A DNA stretch of 64,000 nucleotides from Mobula hypostoma (GCF_963921235.1 NC_086118.1:14324001-14388000); one strand, 5' to 3'. Positions 11,669 to 23,920 are shown, numbered from the stretch's first letter. A program made the numbers and translations. Notes: a model not told the origin generated them from the sequence alone.

Positions 11669-12354
11669 AAATCCCTTCTAAATCTCTTTCCTCTTACTCT
11701 AAATCTATGTCTTCTGGATGTATTCATGTCAGGAAAGAGGGAAAGGTTCCTCCCTTTTAATTTATTCATGCTCCTCATCATTTCATTTCTGTTTTTCTGT
11801 AAGATTTGAAGTACATTGAAACATACGGTGAAAGGTGTTGCATTAGAATCTATTGCGTCAATGACCAACATAGTCCAAGATGTACTGGGGCCACAAGTAT
11901 CACCGTGCTTCTGGCAACAACATAGCATTGCCAGAGCTTCCTGTTCCTAACCCGTTCATTTTTGGAATGTGGAAGGAAACTGGAGCTCCCAGAAGAAGCC
12001 CATGTGGTCACAGGGAGAATGTCCTTACGACAGCAGCAGGAATTGAAACACAAGAAATTCGGCAGATGCTGGAAGTCCAAAGCAACACACACAAAATGCT
12101 AGAGGAATTCAGAGGGTCAGGCAACATCTATGGAAAAGATTAAACAGTTGACATTTCGGGTTGAGACCCATCATCAGGACTGGAAAGGATGGGGAAAGGA
12201 CTCCAGAATAAAAAAGTGGGGGTTGGGGAAGGACGGAGTGTGATAGGTGAAGCCAAGTGGGAAGAGAAGTTAAAGGGCAGGAGAGGAAGGAATTTGATAG
12301 GAGAGGAGAGTGGGCCATATGAGAAAGGGAAGCAGGAAGGAGGGAACCCAAGGA

Positions 12355-15300
12355 GGTTACACTTGAATCCTAGGGGGACCAATATCCTGGCAGGGAGATT
12401 AGCGAGGGCTACTGAGGTGACTTTAAACTAGAATGGTTGGGGGGTGGGAATCAAATTAAAGAGGCTAGGCGAGAGGAGGTTAGTTCACAACAGGGGGATG
12501 GGAACCAGTGCAGAGAGACAGAGGGGTGTAAAGTGAGGGTAGAAGCAAAAAGTAGTAAGGAGAAAAGTAAAAGTGGCAGGCCGACAAATCCAGGGCAAGC
12601 ATCAAAAAGGGCGACTTTTCAACATAATTGTATAAGGGCTAAGAGAGTTGTAAAAGAGCGCCTGAAGGCTTTGTGTGTCAATGCAAGGAGTATTCGTAAC
12701 AAGGTGGATGAATTGAAAGTGCAGATTGTTATTAATGATTATGATATAGTTGGGATCACAGAGACATGGCTCCAGGGTGACCAAGGATGGGAGCTCAACG
12801 TTCAGGGATATTCAATATTCAGGAGGGATAGACATGAAAGAAAAGGAGGTGAGGTGGCGTTGCTGGTTAAAGATGAGATTAACGCAACAGAAAGGAAGGA
12901 CATAAGCTGGGAAGATGTGGAATCGATATGGGTAGAGCTGCATAACACCAAGGGGCAGAAAACGCTGGTGGGAGTTGTGTACAGGCCACCTAACAGTAGT
13001 CGTGAGGTCGGAGATGGTATTAAACAGGAAATTAGAAATGTGTGCAATAAAGGAACAGCAGTTATAATGGGTGACTTCAATCTACATGTAGATTGGGTGA
13101 ACCAAATTGGTAAAGGTGCTGAGGAAGAGGATTTCTTGGAATGTATGCGGGATGGTTTTTTGAACCAACATGTCGAGGAACCAACTAGAGAGCAGGCTAT
13201 TCTAGACTGGGTTTTGAGCAATGAGGAAGGGTTAATTAGCAATCTTGTCGTGAGAGGCCCCTTGGGTAAGAGTGACCATAATATGGTGGAATTCTTCATT
13301 AAGATGGAGAGTGACATAGTTAATTCAGAAACAAAGGTTCTGAACTTAAAGGAGGGTAACTTTGAAGGTATGAGACGTGAATTAGCTAAGATAGACTGGC
13401 AAATGACACTTAAAGGATTGACGATGGATATGCAATGGCAAGCATTTAAAGATTGCATGGATGAACTACAACAATTGTTCATCCCAGTTTGGCAAAAGAA
13501 TAAATCAAGGAAGGTAGTGCACCTGTGGCTGACAAGAGAAATTAGGGATAGTATCAATTCCAAAGAAGAAGCATACAAATTAGCCAGAAAAAGTGGCTCA
13601 CCTGAGGACTGGGAGAAATTCAGAGTTCAGCAGAGGAGGACAAAGGGCTTAATTAGGAAGGGGAAAAAAGATTATGAGAGAAAACTGGCAGGGAACCTAA
13701 AAACTGACTGTAAAAGCTTTTATAGATATGTAAAAAGGAAAAGACTGGTAAAGACAAATGTAGGTCTCCTACAGACAGAAACAGGTGAATTGATTATGGG
13801 GAGCAAGGACATGGCAGACCAATTGAATAATTACTTTGGTTCTGTCTTCACTAAGGAGGACATAAATAATCTTCCAGAAATAGTAGGGGACAGAGGGTCC
13901 AGTGAGATGGAGGAACTGAGCGAAATACATGTTAGTAGGGAAGTGGTGTTAGGTAAATTGAAGGGATTAAAGGCAGATAAATCCCCAGGGCCAGATGGTC
14001 TGCATCCCAGAGTGCTTAAGGAAGTAGCCCAAGAAATAGTGGATGCATTAGTGATAATTTTTCAAAACTCATTAGATTCTGGACTAGTTCCTGGGGATTG
14101 GAGGGTGGCTAATGTAACCCCACTTTTTAAAAAAGGAGGGAGAGAGAAACCGGGGAATTATAGACCAGTTAGCCTAACGTCGGTGGTGGGGAAACTGCTG
14201 GAGTCAGTTATCAAAGATGTGATAACAGCACATTTGGAAAGTGGTGAAATCATCGGACCAAGTCAGCATGGATTTGTGAAAGGAAAATCATGTCTGACGA
14301 ATCTCATAGAATTTTTTGAGGATGTAACTAGTAGAGTGGATAGGGGAGAACCAGTGGATGTGGTATATTTGGATTTTCAAAAGGCTTTTGACACAAGGTC
14401 CCACACAGGAGATTAGTGTGCAAACTTAAAGCACACGGTATTGGGGGTAAGGTATTGATGTGGATAGAGAATTGGTTAGCAGACAGGAAGCAAAGTGTGG
14501 GAATAAACGGGACCTTTTCAGAATGGCAGGCAGTGACTAGTGGGGTACCGCAAGGCTCAGTGCTGGGACCCCAGTTGTTTACAATATATATTAATAACTT
14601 GGATGAGGGAATTAAATGCAGCATCTCCAAGTTTGCGGATGACACGAAGCTGGGCGGCAGTGTTAGCTGTGAGGAGGATGCTAAGAGGGTGCAGGGTGAC
14701 TTGGATAGGTTGGGTGAGTGGGCAAATTCATGGCAGATGCAATTTAATTTGGATAAACGTGAAGTTATCCACTTTGGTGGCAAAAATAGGAAAACAGATT
14801 ATTATCTGAATGGTGGCCGATTAGGAAAAGGGGAGGTGCAACGAGACCTGGGTGTCATTATACACCAGTCATTGAAAGTGGGCATGCAGGTACAGCAGGC
14901 GGTGAAAAAGGCAAATGGTATGCTGGCATTTATAGCGAGAGGATTTGAGTACAGGAGCAGGGGGTTACTACTGCAGTTGTACAGGGCCTTGGTGAGACCA
15001 CACCTGGAGTATTGTGTGCAGTTTTGGTCCCCTAATCTGAGGAAAGACATCCTTGCCATAGAGGGAGTACAAAGAAGGTTCACCAGATTGATTCCTGGGA
15101 TGGCAGGCCTTTCATATGAAGAAAGACTGGTTGAATTGGGCTTGTACTCGTTGGAATTTAGAAGATTGAGGGGGGATCTGATTGAAACGTATAAAATCCT
15201 AAAGGGATAGGACAGGCTAGATGCAGGAAGATTGTTCCCGATGTTGGGGAAGTCCAGAACGAGGGGTCACAGTTTGAGGATAAGGGGGAAGCCTTTTAGG

Positions 15301-15568
15301 ACTGAGATTAGGAAAAACTTCTTCACACAGAGAGTGGTGAATCTGTGGAATTCTCTGCCACAGGAAACAGTTGAGGCCAGTTCATTGGCTATATTTAAGA
15401 GGGAGTTAGATATGGCCCTTGTAGCTATGGGGATCAGGGGGTTTGGAGGGAAGGCTGGTGCAGGGTTCTGAGTTGGATGATCAGTCATGATCATAATAAA
15501 TGGCGGTGCAGGCTCGAAGGGCCGAATGGCCTACTCCTGCACCTATTTCTATGTTTCTATGTTTCTAT
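12355..15568 (+). mobile_element. CR1 LINE: ORF1 C-terminus plus full ORF2 (APE+RT) with one frameshift and one stop
   Basis: ORFs 12437-14416, 14416-15210 and 15232-15471; GITETW, YRPPNS, GDFN, SDH and KFADD motifs; 2-bp insertion ~14391 and TAG at 15208 relative to the 4943 copy; (TTTCTATG)n tail. Confidence 0.95.
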
Positions 15569-15888
15569 GTGATAGGCAGGTGAGAAGAGGTAGGAGGTCA
15601 GAGTGGGGAACAAAAGAAGAGGGAAGAGAGAGGATTTTTTTTACTGGAAGGAGAAATTGGTATTCATTTCATCAGGTCAGAGACTACTCAGACTGAATAT
15701 AAGGTGTTGCTCCTCCACCCTGAGGATAGCCTTATTGTGACACAAGAGGAGGCCATGGATCAACATGTCAGAATGTGAATGAGAATATTTGGCCACCAGG
15801 GAGTTTTACTTTTGGCAGATGGATTATAGGTGCTGAATGAAGCACTCCCCCAGTTTACGACAGGTCTCACCAAGGTAGAGGAGCTGCA

Positions 15889-16277
15889 TTAGGGAATTTC
15901 CTTTTCAACGCAAGGCTCAGACCCAGGTATTCGTTAGGTGATTCTTTATTTATGTGATACCACGAGACATCTCTCCGGAGAGCAACGATTCAGCTTACAA
16001 TCAGTACACGCACGCTCTTTATGGTTGATTCTAATGGGTACAGTTTGTGCAACATTTCCATATTTGGTATTGTTCTAAGCAAGCTAGAACAAAGTCACGT
16101 AGCCATGTGGTGTACAACTGTTAGTTAGAGGTCAACATCACAGCCTTATGTCTACAGCAGTAGGCTGGAGGGCAACTGCAAGATTTTCTGCTGATCCAGG
16201 CATTAATCAATGCAGACACACAATTCTATAGTCTTGCAAAGCTATTTACCTGACCCAGTTGGCCAAAGTCCTCCACA
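15889..16277 (-). mobile_element. Probable solo LTR inserted in the Penelope body
   Basis: Penelope sequence resumes after ...cctccACA; AATAAA on the minus strand ~15945; left terminus and TSD unclear. Confidence 0.45.
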
Positions 16278-16671
16278 ACTGGACACAATGGATGATCCCA
16301 GCAGATTCGCAGGTGAAATGTTGGAAGGACTGTCTGGGGCCCTGAAGGAGGTGAGGGAAGAGGTGAAGCAATTTCACCAGTTGCAGGGATATGTGCCAGG
16401 AGGGAGAATTGTGGGGAGGGATGAATGAACAAGCGAATCGTGGAAGGTAAAGATATGAAAAGGTAAATATGTGCTTGGTGGTAGGATCCCTTTGGAGATG
16501 GCAGAAGTTCATCAGGATGATGTGTTGAATGAGAAGGCTCATGAGGTGATGGGTAAGAACAAGAGGAACTCCATCACTGTTAAAGCCTCCCTCCACTCCT
16601 ATCAGATTCATTCTGCTCCAGCCCTTTACTTATTCTACCCATCTGGCTTCACCTATCATCGTCTAGCTATC

Positions 16672-16886
16672 ACACATCAAAGTTGCTGGTGAACGCAGCA
16701 GGCCAGGCAGCATCTATAGGAAGAGGCGCAGTCGACGTTTCAGGCCGAGATCCTTCGTCCTGACAAAGGGTCTCGGCCTGAAACGTCGACTGCGCCTCTT
16801 CCTATAGATGCTGCCTGGCCTGCTGCGTTCACCAGCAACTTTGATGTGTGTTGCTTGAATTTCCAGCATCTGCAGAATTCCTGTTG
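16672..16886. mobile_element. Young fold-back Penelope terminal-repeat insertion
   Basis: ~89-bp inverted arms (16671-16759 / 16762-16850, 2 mismatches); 16-bp TSD TCATCGTCTAGCTATC (16656-16671 / 16887-16902). Confidence 0.9.
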
Positions 16887-17747
16887 TCATCGTCTAGCTA
16901 TCCTTCTTTCCTTGCCCCCACCTTTTTATTCTGACAGCCTTCAGTCCTGAAGAAGGGTCTCAGCCCAAAACATCGACTGGTTATTTACTTCCATAGATGC
17001 TGCCTGACCTGCTGAGTTCCACCAGCATTTTGTGTGTTGCAGCAGGAATTGAACCCCAAACTTACAGCTGGCTATAAAGTGTTACACTAACTGCTACACT
17101 ACTGTGCTACCCTTAATCATGTCTCCCATTAAACTCCTCTGTTCTAGGGAAAGCAGACCCAGTTTCTCAACCAAAATATTCCATAGCAGGCAAAATAGTG
17201 ACCACAGATGCACACAGTTCTCCAGATAAGGTCTGACCAATGTTTTATAAATTTGTAGCTTAATCTCCCAATTGTGTTCAGTGTCCTCCCACGTGCTACA
17301 TTATTATTATCTATCTGTATTTTGTTACCACCTCAAAAATAAATTTTACCGGATTGGCCAGACAGCATCAGCACTTGACAAAGATTTTTTGACAATCCCT
17401 CACCAAGTGATTTTTAGTTCTGCTCTTCAGAAACTTTTTTAATAACTTGGCCACTACCAGTTTCCTTGACCACATTCCCCACACTATCATCTTCTCAAGC
17501 CTATCTCCATGTTACCAACCTCTTGTGCCCCCTCATTTCTTACCCTCAGCCATATCCTTCTTCCCCTCATTACTGGGTATCATTGATTTTCTTCTTCTTT
17601 CCAATTATCAATAAAACCATTTTCTTGGAAATACAACTGGAGAAAATAACTGAAATGGACTTCAGCGCAACGTTTTCCATATTTCCTCCTTGATCACAAA
17701 ATCCAGAATCGATGTAGGAGCAACCCTTGAATAAGTGAACATTAATT

Positions 17748-18050
17748 GGCGCGTGGCCAAGTGGTTAAGACGTTTGTCTAGTGACTTGAAGATCGCTAGT
17801 TCGAGCCTTGGCTGAGGCAGCGTGTGTGTCCTTGAGCAAGACACTTAATCACACATTGCTCTGCGACGACACCGGTGCCAAGCTGTATGGGTCCTAATAC
17901 CCTTCCCTTGGACAACATCGGTGGCATGGAGAGAGGAGACGCAGCATGGGCACCTGCTGGTCCTCCATACAACCTTGCCCAGGCCTGTGCCCTGGAAACC
18001 TTCCAAGGCGCAAATCCATGGTCTCATGAGACTAACGGATGCCTATAAAA
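17748..18050 (+). mobile_element. tRNA-derived SINE with CORE-like central domain
   Basis: A-box tggccaagtgg, B-box agttcgagcc, CORE-like tgtgtccttgagcaagacacttaa; second partial copy at 55250. Confidence 0.75.
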
Positions 18051-18289
18051 TTATACAGGCAATGGATGGAATCTTACACCAGTCAGAAGCCAAATCCATA
18101 ACAACCAGTATGAGCTACTTAAAAAAAGGGTTTGCTGCTGGATGTTAGTTTTCCACAGGCAATAATAAAGCTTGTCAATTAAATTTTGTGATCTGTCAAA
18201 ATATAAAGAAGCAAATTAAATCCAGATTAACATAACCATAATGTCGTTCAAATTATGGTCTGTATTGATATTAGTTATATTTCATCATG

Positions 18290-18953
18290 GTTCGTAGGGA
18301 GGGAGGAGAAGATGGCGGCACGACGCAGCGCGCACGGCTGTTCCAAATTGATATCGTATCTGTGAAGTAGGACGCCATACACAATCCTGATTTGATAGAG
18401 ACAGATGTGAAGAAGCACGGAGGAACATCTGGAGTAACTTCTGAAATGTTTGCTTCGCTGCTGCTGCTACTGCGCGATCGAGAATCTCCGGAGGGAAGGC
18501 CCCAAATCCTCGGCCTTGCGTATCGCCTGTTGCTGGGGCTGGGGTCGAAATGCTCGGCAGAGATGGTGCTCGGTGCGTCAGTGTCGGGGAGCTGGTCGGA
18601 GGCTCGGAGTTTTCGGACGGACTCGGAGTCGGACTATGGTCGGATGCTTCCAGGATGCTGCATCGGCAAGTTTGCGGTGCTGGAGGTTTACCGTCTGCGT
18701 CAGATGATGGGACTTTTGAGAGACTCTGTGATTTTACCGTGCCCATGGTCTGTTCTTATTAAATTACAGTATTGCTTTGCACTGTTGTAACTATATGTTA
18801 TAATTATGTTGTTTTTGTCAGTTTTTCAGTCTTGGTTTGTCATGTGTCTCTGTGATATCATTCTGGAAAAGCATTGTATCATTTCTTAATGCATGCATTA
18901 CTAAATGACAATAAAAGAGGACTGCGTGTCCTCATAATCTAATCTAATCTAAT
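18290..18953 (+). mobile_element. Non-autonomous LINE-derived retroposon (CpG-rich, young)
   Basis: 5' AAGATGGCG, CpG-rich body, AATAAA and (AATCT)n tail. Confidence 0.65.
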
Positions 18954-20851
18954 TTTAGGGACTCTTCCAGACAGAACTGAAAATTCTGTCTTTTGTTCAT
19001 CATCCAGTCATGGTCTAATAATATGAGACTAAACCTGGCATCCATCAGTCTATTGAACAGCTTCAAGATTGACTGGGAGGTGATTACTGTTACACAGAAC
19101 TCTATCCCACTAAATTTACAGCAAATCAGCCCCGAGAAGCTCCTCAAACTGTGCATTCAGGACAGTCCAGAAATTTAGACAATCAATATCCACCGATGCT
19201 TAGCATCAGTGGCAAAAAGATACTAATTACCACTTAACTTTAAAAAATGCAGTACATAATTATACAAAGTTGTCAAAAGTTTCAGTCTGGCGCCAGTTAT
19301 GGGGGAGTAATCTATAAAATATTAAATTTCATGTCAATTTAATATTGATTTTAATCTTGAAAGACTGTAAAAGTACATAGTGTCAGGGAGCAGAATATCA
19401 CTGACACATTGGCTCTAAACTTCCATGTTAAGCTGAAGTATGTAAGTGGCAGAATTTGCTGCCAGTTTTCGTATAGTCATGATAGTGAACGCTGATAGTT
19501 CAGATGCAGTTGCAACCTCAAATTCAAGGCTAGTATAACTAATTACTGGAATCTGTATTAATGCAACACTATGTTGTGCTCTTGATGCAAAGAAACTTGT
19601 GGCAATTGTACAATGTACTGCAGATGAAAAGGGTGGCAAATTAATGTATTATTAAATGGGGTGGTCCTACCTCCCTGCTCTTCTGTCAATCACCATGTTA
19701 TAGCCAGATTGGAAAAGATTAAAACTGATTTGCTGTAATACTAATCACAGAATTCTAAAATTCTTACAGTACCTCGTGCAGCTCTTTGTACAAAGATTAT
19801 CTCTTTGGAAGGACTACACAATTAGTTATTCCTCTGCTCATTCCCCATAATTTCCACAACAAAAAGCTTTTGAATTGTTCTGATGTGGGGAAAAGCAAAC
19901 TTGTAGAATTTTGATTTGTCCAATTTCAGATCAGGAATTACATACACTGGGCCCACCAACTCCATTCCCCACCACCAACTACTCCTCCCGAAATCTCTGT
20001 CCCAGCTCCACCCAAACTCCAATCTGTTTTAAACTACCAGTACAAAACTACCTTCTGAGAAAGCAAATACTCATACTCAAACGTTTGAAGTATTGGGTTG
20101 AGACCCTTCATGTGGGCTCATCCTTAGAGTCTGGATGTCCAACTGAATGTACTATGATCACCAGTTGATTCACTTCCTGCTCACAGCTGTCTCCAGATCT
20201 GATTGTTAGTTCCAAACTGACTCCAACCTGCCTACATCCTCGCAGCATGGGACACCAATTGCATTGATTTCTTAAGAATAAACAGATTGTTTGTAAAGAA
20301 AGGATATGCTGCTAGAATTTGAAATAAAATAAAATAACTAATAAATTTTGGAGACATGTTTTTCACTAAATGCTTTATTTTGCTACTTTCACGGGGACAT
20401 GTTCAACCCTCTTTGAGAGGAACAAAAAACATCTTATCTCTGTCCAAAATGGGTCATACATTAAACAGTGACCCCAGCAATCCCCCTCACCACCCCGCCA
20501 CCAACAAATTTAGACTTTGATGTCTTTATCCATGTCATTTATATAAATTATAAAATGCTGAGATCCCTGCAACACACGACTGCTTATACCTTGCCAACTA
20601 TAATAGAGACCCATTTATATCTATCTTCTGTTTTCTGTTAGCCATCCAATCTTCTATCCATGACAATGCCTATCCACTACACCGAGCTTTTATTTTCCAA
20701 TGGTGGTGATTGTCCATCCTGTCTGAAGATATACAGGAAACCTGTGCAGGAGAGTTTTTACAGTGGAAAAGCCTTTGCACTACGACAGTTCCACTCTCTC
20801 GACCTCCGAATTCTGGGTCCAGTAGTACAAGCCAGTGTCATAACCTGGTGT

Positions 20852-22738
20852 AACACACATCAAAGTTGCTGGTGAACGCAGCAGGCCAGGCAGCATCTCT
20901 AGGAAAAGATACAGTACAGGAGGAGGAGGGATGGAGCCAAGAGCTAGACAGGTGATTGGCAAAAGGGATATGAGAGAATCATGGGACAGGAGGCCCAGGG
21001 AGAAGGAAAGGGAGGAGGGGGGAAAAAAACCCAGAGGATGGGCAAGGGGTATAGTCAGAGGGACAGAGGGAGAAAAAGGAGAGTGAGAAAGAATGTGTGT
21101 ATATAAATAAATAACGGATGGAGTACGAGGGGGAGGTGGGGCATTAGCGGAAGTTAGAGAAGTCAATGTTCATGCCATCAGGTTGGAGGCTACCCAGACG
21201 GAATATAAGGGTGTTGTTCCTCCAACCTGAGTGTGGCTTCATCTTTACAGTAGAGGAGGCCGTGGATAGACATGTCAGAATGGGAATGGGATGTGGAATT
21301 AAAATGTGTGGCCACTGGGAGATCCTGCTTTCTCTGGCGGACAGAGCATAGGTGTTCAGCAAAATGATCTCCCAGCCTGCGTCGGGTCTCGCCAATATAT
21401 AGAAGGCCACATTGGGAGTACCGGACGCAATATATCTCCCCAGCCGACTCACAGGTGAAATGTCGCCTCACTTGGAAGGACTGTCCGGGGCCCTGAATGG
21501 TGGTAAGGGAGGAAGTGTAAGGGCATGTGTAGCACTTGTTCCGCTTACAAGATAAGTGCCAGGAGGGAGATCAGTGGGGAGGGATGAGGGACGAATGGAT
21601 AAGGGAGTCGCGTAGGGAGCAATCCCTGTGGAAAGCCGGGGGGGGGGGGGAAGATGTGCTTAGTGGTGGGATCCCGTTGGAGGTGGCAGAAGTTACGGAG
21701 AATAATATGTTGGACCCGGAGGCTGGTGGGGTGGTAGGTGAGGACCAGGGGAACCCTATTCCTAGTGGGGTGACGGGAGGATGGAGTGAGAGCAGATTGT
21801 TACGTACCCCGTAACTGGGTTGCCAAACCAGCAAAAATGGATCACTCGGTTGGAGTCTGGAGTACTAGAACTAAGAAAGTTTTATTTAAGAAACAAGCAA
21901 CACAGTAATCGAAAGGATAATAAATGCAACAGTTCAGCAATGATAGTCACACATGTGCACAGAATTAAGATCACAGCATCAATCAAGCTCTATCGTTGTC
22001 TAGGGGTAAATGACCAAATTTCAAAGTGACTCAAAGTTCAGTCCAGTTTGGTAGTTCAGTTCGCAGTGTCGTTGCCATGGCGATGGACAACGTGGGGGAA
22101 GAGAGAGATAGAACAGGAACAACTGATCATTCAGACACGGCTTCACTCACAGACCGGCGAGATGGCTCACAAGCAACTTTTGGGCGGGTCCTTGGTGATG
22201 TCACCTGAGGTCACCGACTGTGACCCCTCCTCCAGATGCGGTCGATCCTCTGCAGTGAACCCGGCACCCAGGCAAGGGCGGACACACACCGGGTTCCCGC
22301 TGATTGTACCTTTCCACCCTGGCCGTTGTCTGGTACTTCTCACCGACTCGTGAGAAGCGTACCGCTTCCAGGGTCTCGTTACCTCGGGTGGCGTGTGTGT
22401 CTGCCTTAGCGAACCTGTCCCTTTTTATCCCCCTGCTGGGGCATCGCCTGTCCATCACTTCAAACAGTTCAAGGTTCAAAGGGGGGAGCCGCTCCAGACA
22501 GCTCTCTCTCCCCCGTTCCTTCATTACACATCTCCAGACGCTGCTCCATATCTCTCCTTCCCCTGAGGGCAGGTGGCAGACCACTTGCTGATGTCACTGA
22601 TGCTAACCCAGGCCAGCAAACATCTTAATTTTATGTGTATTCTCGTCACAAGATATGCATGAAATGGGGGAGATGCGTTTGAGAGCAGCGTTGATGGTGG
22701 AGGAAGGGAAGCCCCTTTCTTTAAAAAAGGAGGAGGTG
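20852..22738 (-). mobile_element. Penelope-like element 3' part (RT C-terminus + GIY-YIG), interrupted by a solo LTR
   Basis: ORF 21190-21471 IYCVRYSQCGLLYIGETRRRLGDHFAEH (GIY-YIG); near-identical to 30966-31750; hammerhead region deleted. Confidence 0.9.
21798..22650 (-). mobile_element. Solo LTR, 853 bp (Gypsy-like)
   Basis: TGTTACG...CGTCACA termini, 4-bp TSD AGAT (21794-21797 / 22651-22654); TATA-like ~22425 and AATAAA ~21880 on the minus strand; Penelope continues across it. Confidence 0.9.
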
Positions 22739-22744
22739 GAGTCT

Positions 22745-23095
22745 CCTGGTTTCCTAGTGTGTCTTCGCTTGTTGCAGTGGGTGACCATGACATCCTCTGT
22801 GCTTTGTCATGCCCTTCACTCTCCACGGAGCGTTGCAGAAAGACCTTCCTTTGGATCTCACTGTGGATCTCATTCACCTGGTCCGCTAGAGCTGACGTTG
22901 TATGCGAGGACAGGCTATGTCGTATCTCATCAGGGTATGAGATCCGCCTGTCAAAGCAGTGTGCTTGGGTGTGGCCGCTGTTGTGTGCAGACTGCTATGT
23001 AGAGCCACAGGTGAGAGCTGAGTATTCAGTGGGGACCAAAGGTGAGTGAGCTGCCCCAGAATGGACACGACAAGCCCTTTCACCAGAGGTGTTAC
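22745..23095 (-). mobile_element. Possible RTE-derived non-autonomous element
   Basis: Minus-strand 5' end ggtgaaaagggcttgtcgtgtcc resembles RTE 5' UTRs. Confidence 0.3.
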
Positions 23096-23678
23096 TCCTC
23101 CCTGGACACAATAAAACTTAACAAATACATTACGGTGATCTAAACATAGTATATCTACCAGTCCTCTTGGATCTATAGCACATGCACTTCTTTCAAAGTA
23201 TCTAAAGTACCAGTAGAATAGTATCTTTCATCTGTGACCTATTAGTCTCATACAGGTCAAATTCTTCTTCCTTCACTTGATGCCTTTATGACAATATAAC
23301 AAAGGTAAAAATCCAGATTTAACAGACCCTTGCAATGCCTCTATAATCACAACCTTGTTGCCTGACCTGGCCTGCAACACACTAACATCCTGTAGTAATA
23401 TTCGCTTGCATTCATGATTTTATTCTCACGTGTACTGGGACAGAGTGAAAAGCTTTTGTTTTGTGTGCCATCCTGACAAATCATACCATTACACTGAGGT
23501 AGCAAAAGGAAACACAATACAAAATATAGTGTTGCAGTTACAGAGAAAGTGCAGTACACGTGGGCAAATAAAGTTCAAGAAACAAAATGAGGTCATCTGC
23601 GTGATCAGGAGCTCAGCTTTTACCATATGTGAGCTCTATTCAGGAGTCTGTTACCAGCAGGATAGAAGCTCTCCTCAT

Positions 23679-23920
23679 CCTCCAGTCTGGTGGTATATGT
23701 CCTCCAGTCTGGTGGTATATGTTCTCCAGTCTGGTGCTATATGTCCTCCAGTCTGGTGCTATATGTCCTCCAGTCTGGTGGTATATGTTCTCCAGTCAGG
23801 TGGTATATGTCCTCCAGTCCAGTTGTATATGTCCTCCAGTCTAGTGGTCTATGTTCTCCAGTCTGGTGGTATATGTCCTCCAGTCTAGTGGTCTATGTTC
23901 TCCAGTCTGGTGGTATATGT
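23679..23920. repeat. 22-bp minisatellite, 11 copies (cctccagtctggtggtatatgt)
   Basis: Head-to-tail units without spacers, inside a minus-strand Rex1-type 3' remnant (~23410-24100). Confidence 0.95.

Larger units (their letters stand above)
12048..17038 (-). mobile_element. Old Penelope-like element with inverted terminal repeats (hosts a CR1, an LTR-like insert and a younger Penelope repeat)
   Basis: 15-bp TSD GCAGCAGGAATTGAA (12033-12047 / 17039-17053); minus-strand repeat with hammerhead 12145-12183; decayed GIY-YIG region 15570-15885 and 16278-16580; plus-strand repeat 16585-17038. Confidence 0.8.
11780..17112 (-). mobile_element. V-SINE (HE1-like), split by a Penelope insertion
   Basis: tRNA-like head at 17054-17112 (B-box ggttcaattcc on the minus strand); V-domain ctccagtttccttccacattccaaa at ~11960-12000; halves join through the TSD gcagcaggaattgaa. 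Confidence 0.75.

Noticed and set aside
12802..13578. 258-aa antisense ORF and similar ones (5044-5448, 14328-14783, 41394-42128)
   Set aside because: Antisense or alternate-frame shadows of LINE ORF2
16757..16791. Active ribozyme in the fold-back copy
   Set aside because: Plus arm has CUGACAA (G8 lost) and the minus arm lacks CUGA; the long hairpin would also outcompete ribozyme folding
17748..17820. tRNA gene
   Set aside because: A and B boxes are present, but the sequence continues into a SINE body with a second copy elsewhere; no clean cloverleaf
18285..18790. Overlapping ORFs in a CpG-rich stretch as a host gene or CpG-island promoter
   Set aside because: Bounded by retroposon-like 5' and 3' ends with an (AATCT)n tail; no recognisable protein
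23679..23920. CRISPR-like array or repetitive protein ORFs (23430-23888, 23690-24079)
   Set aside because: No spacers, no cas genes, eukaryotic context; the ORFs are translations of a minisatellite
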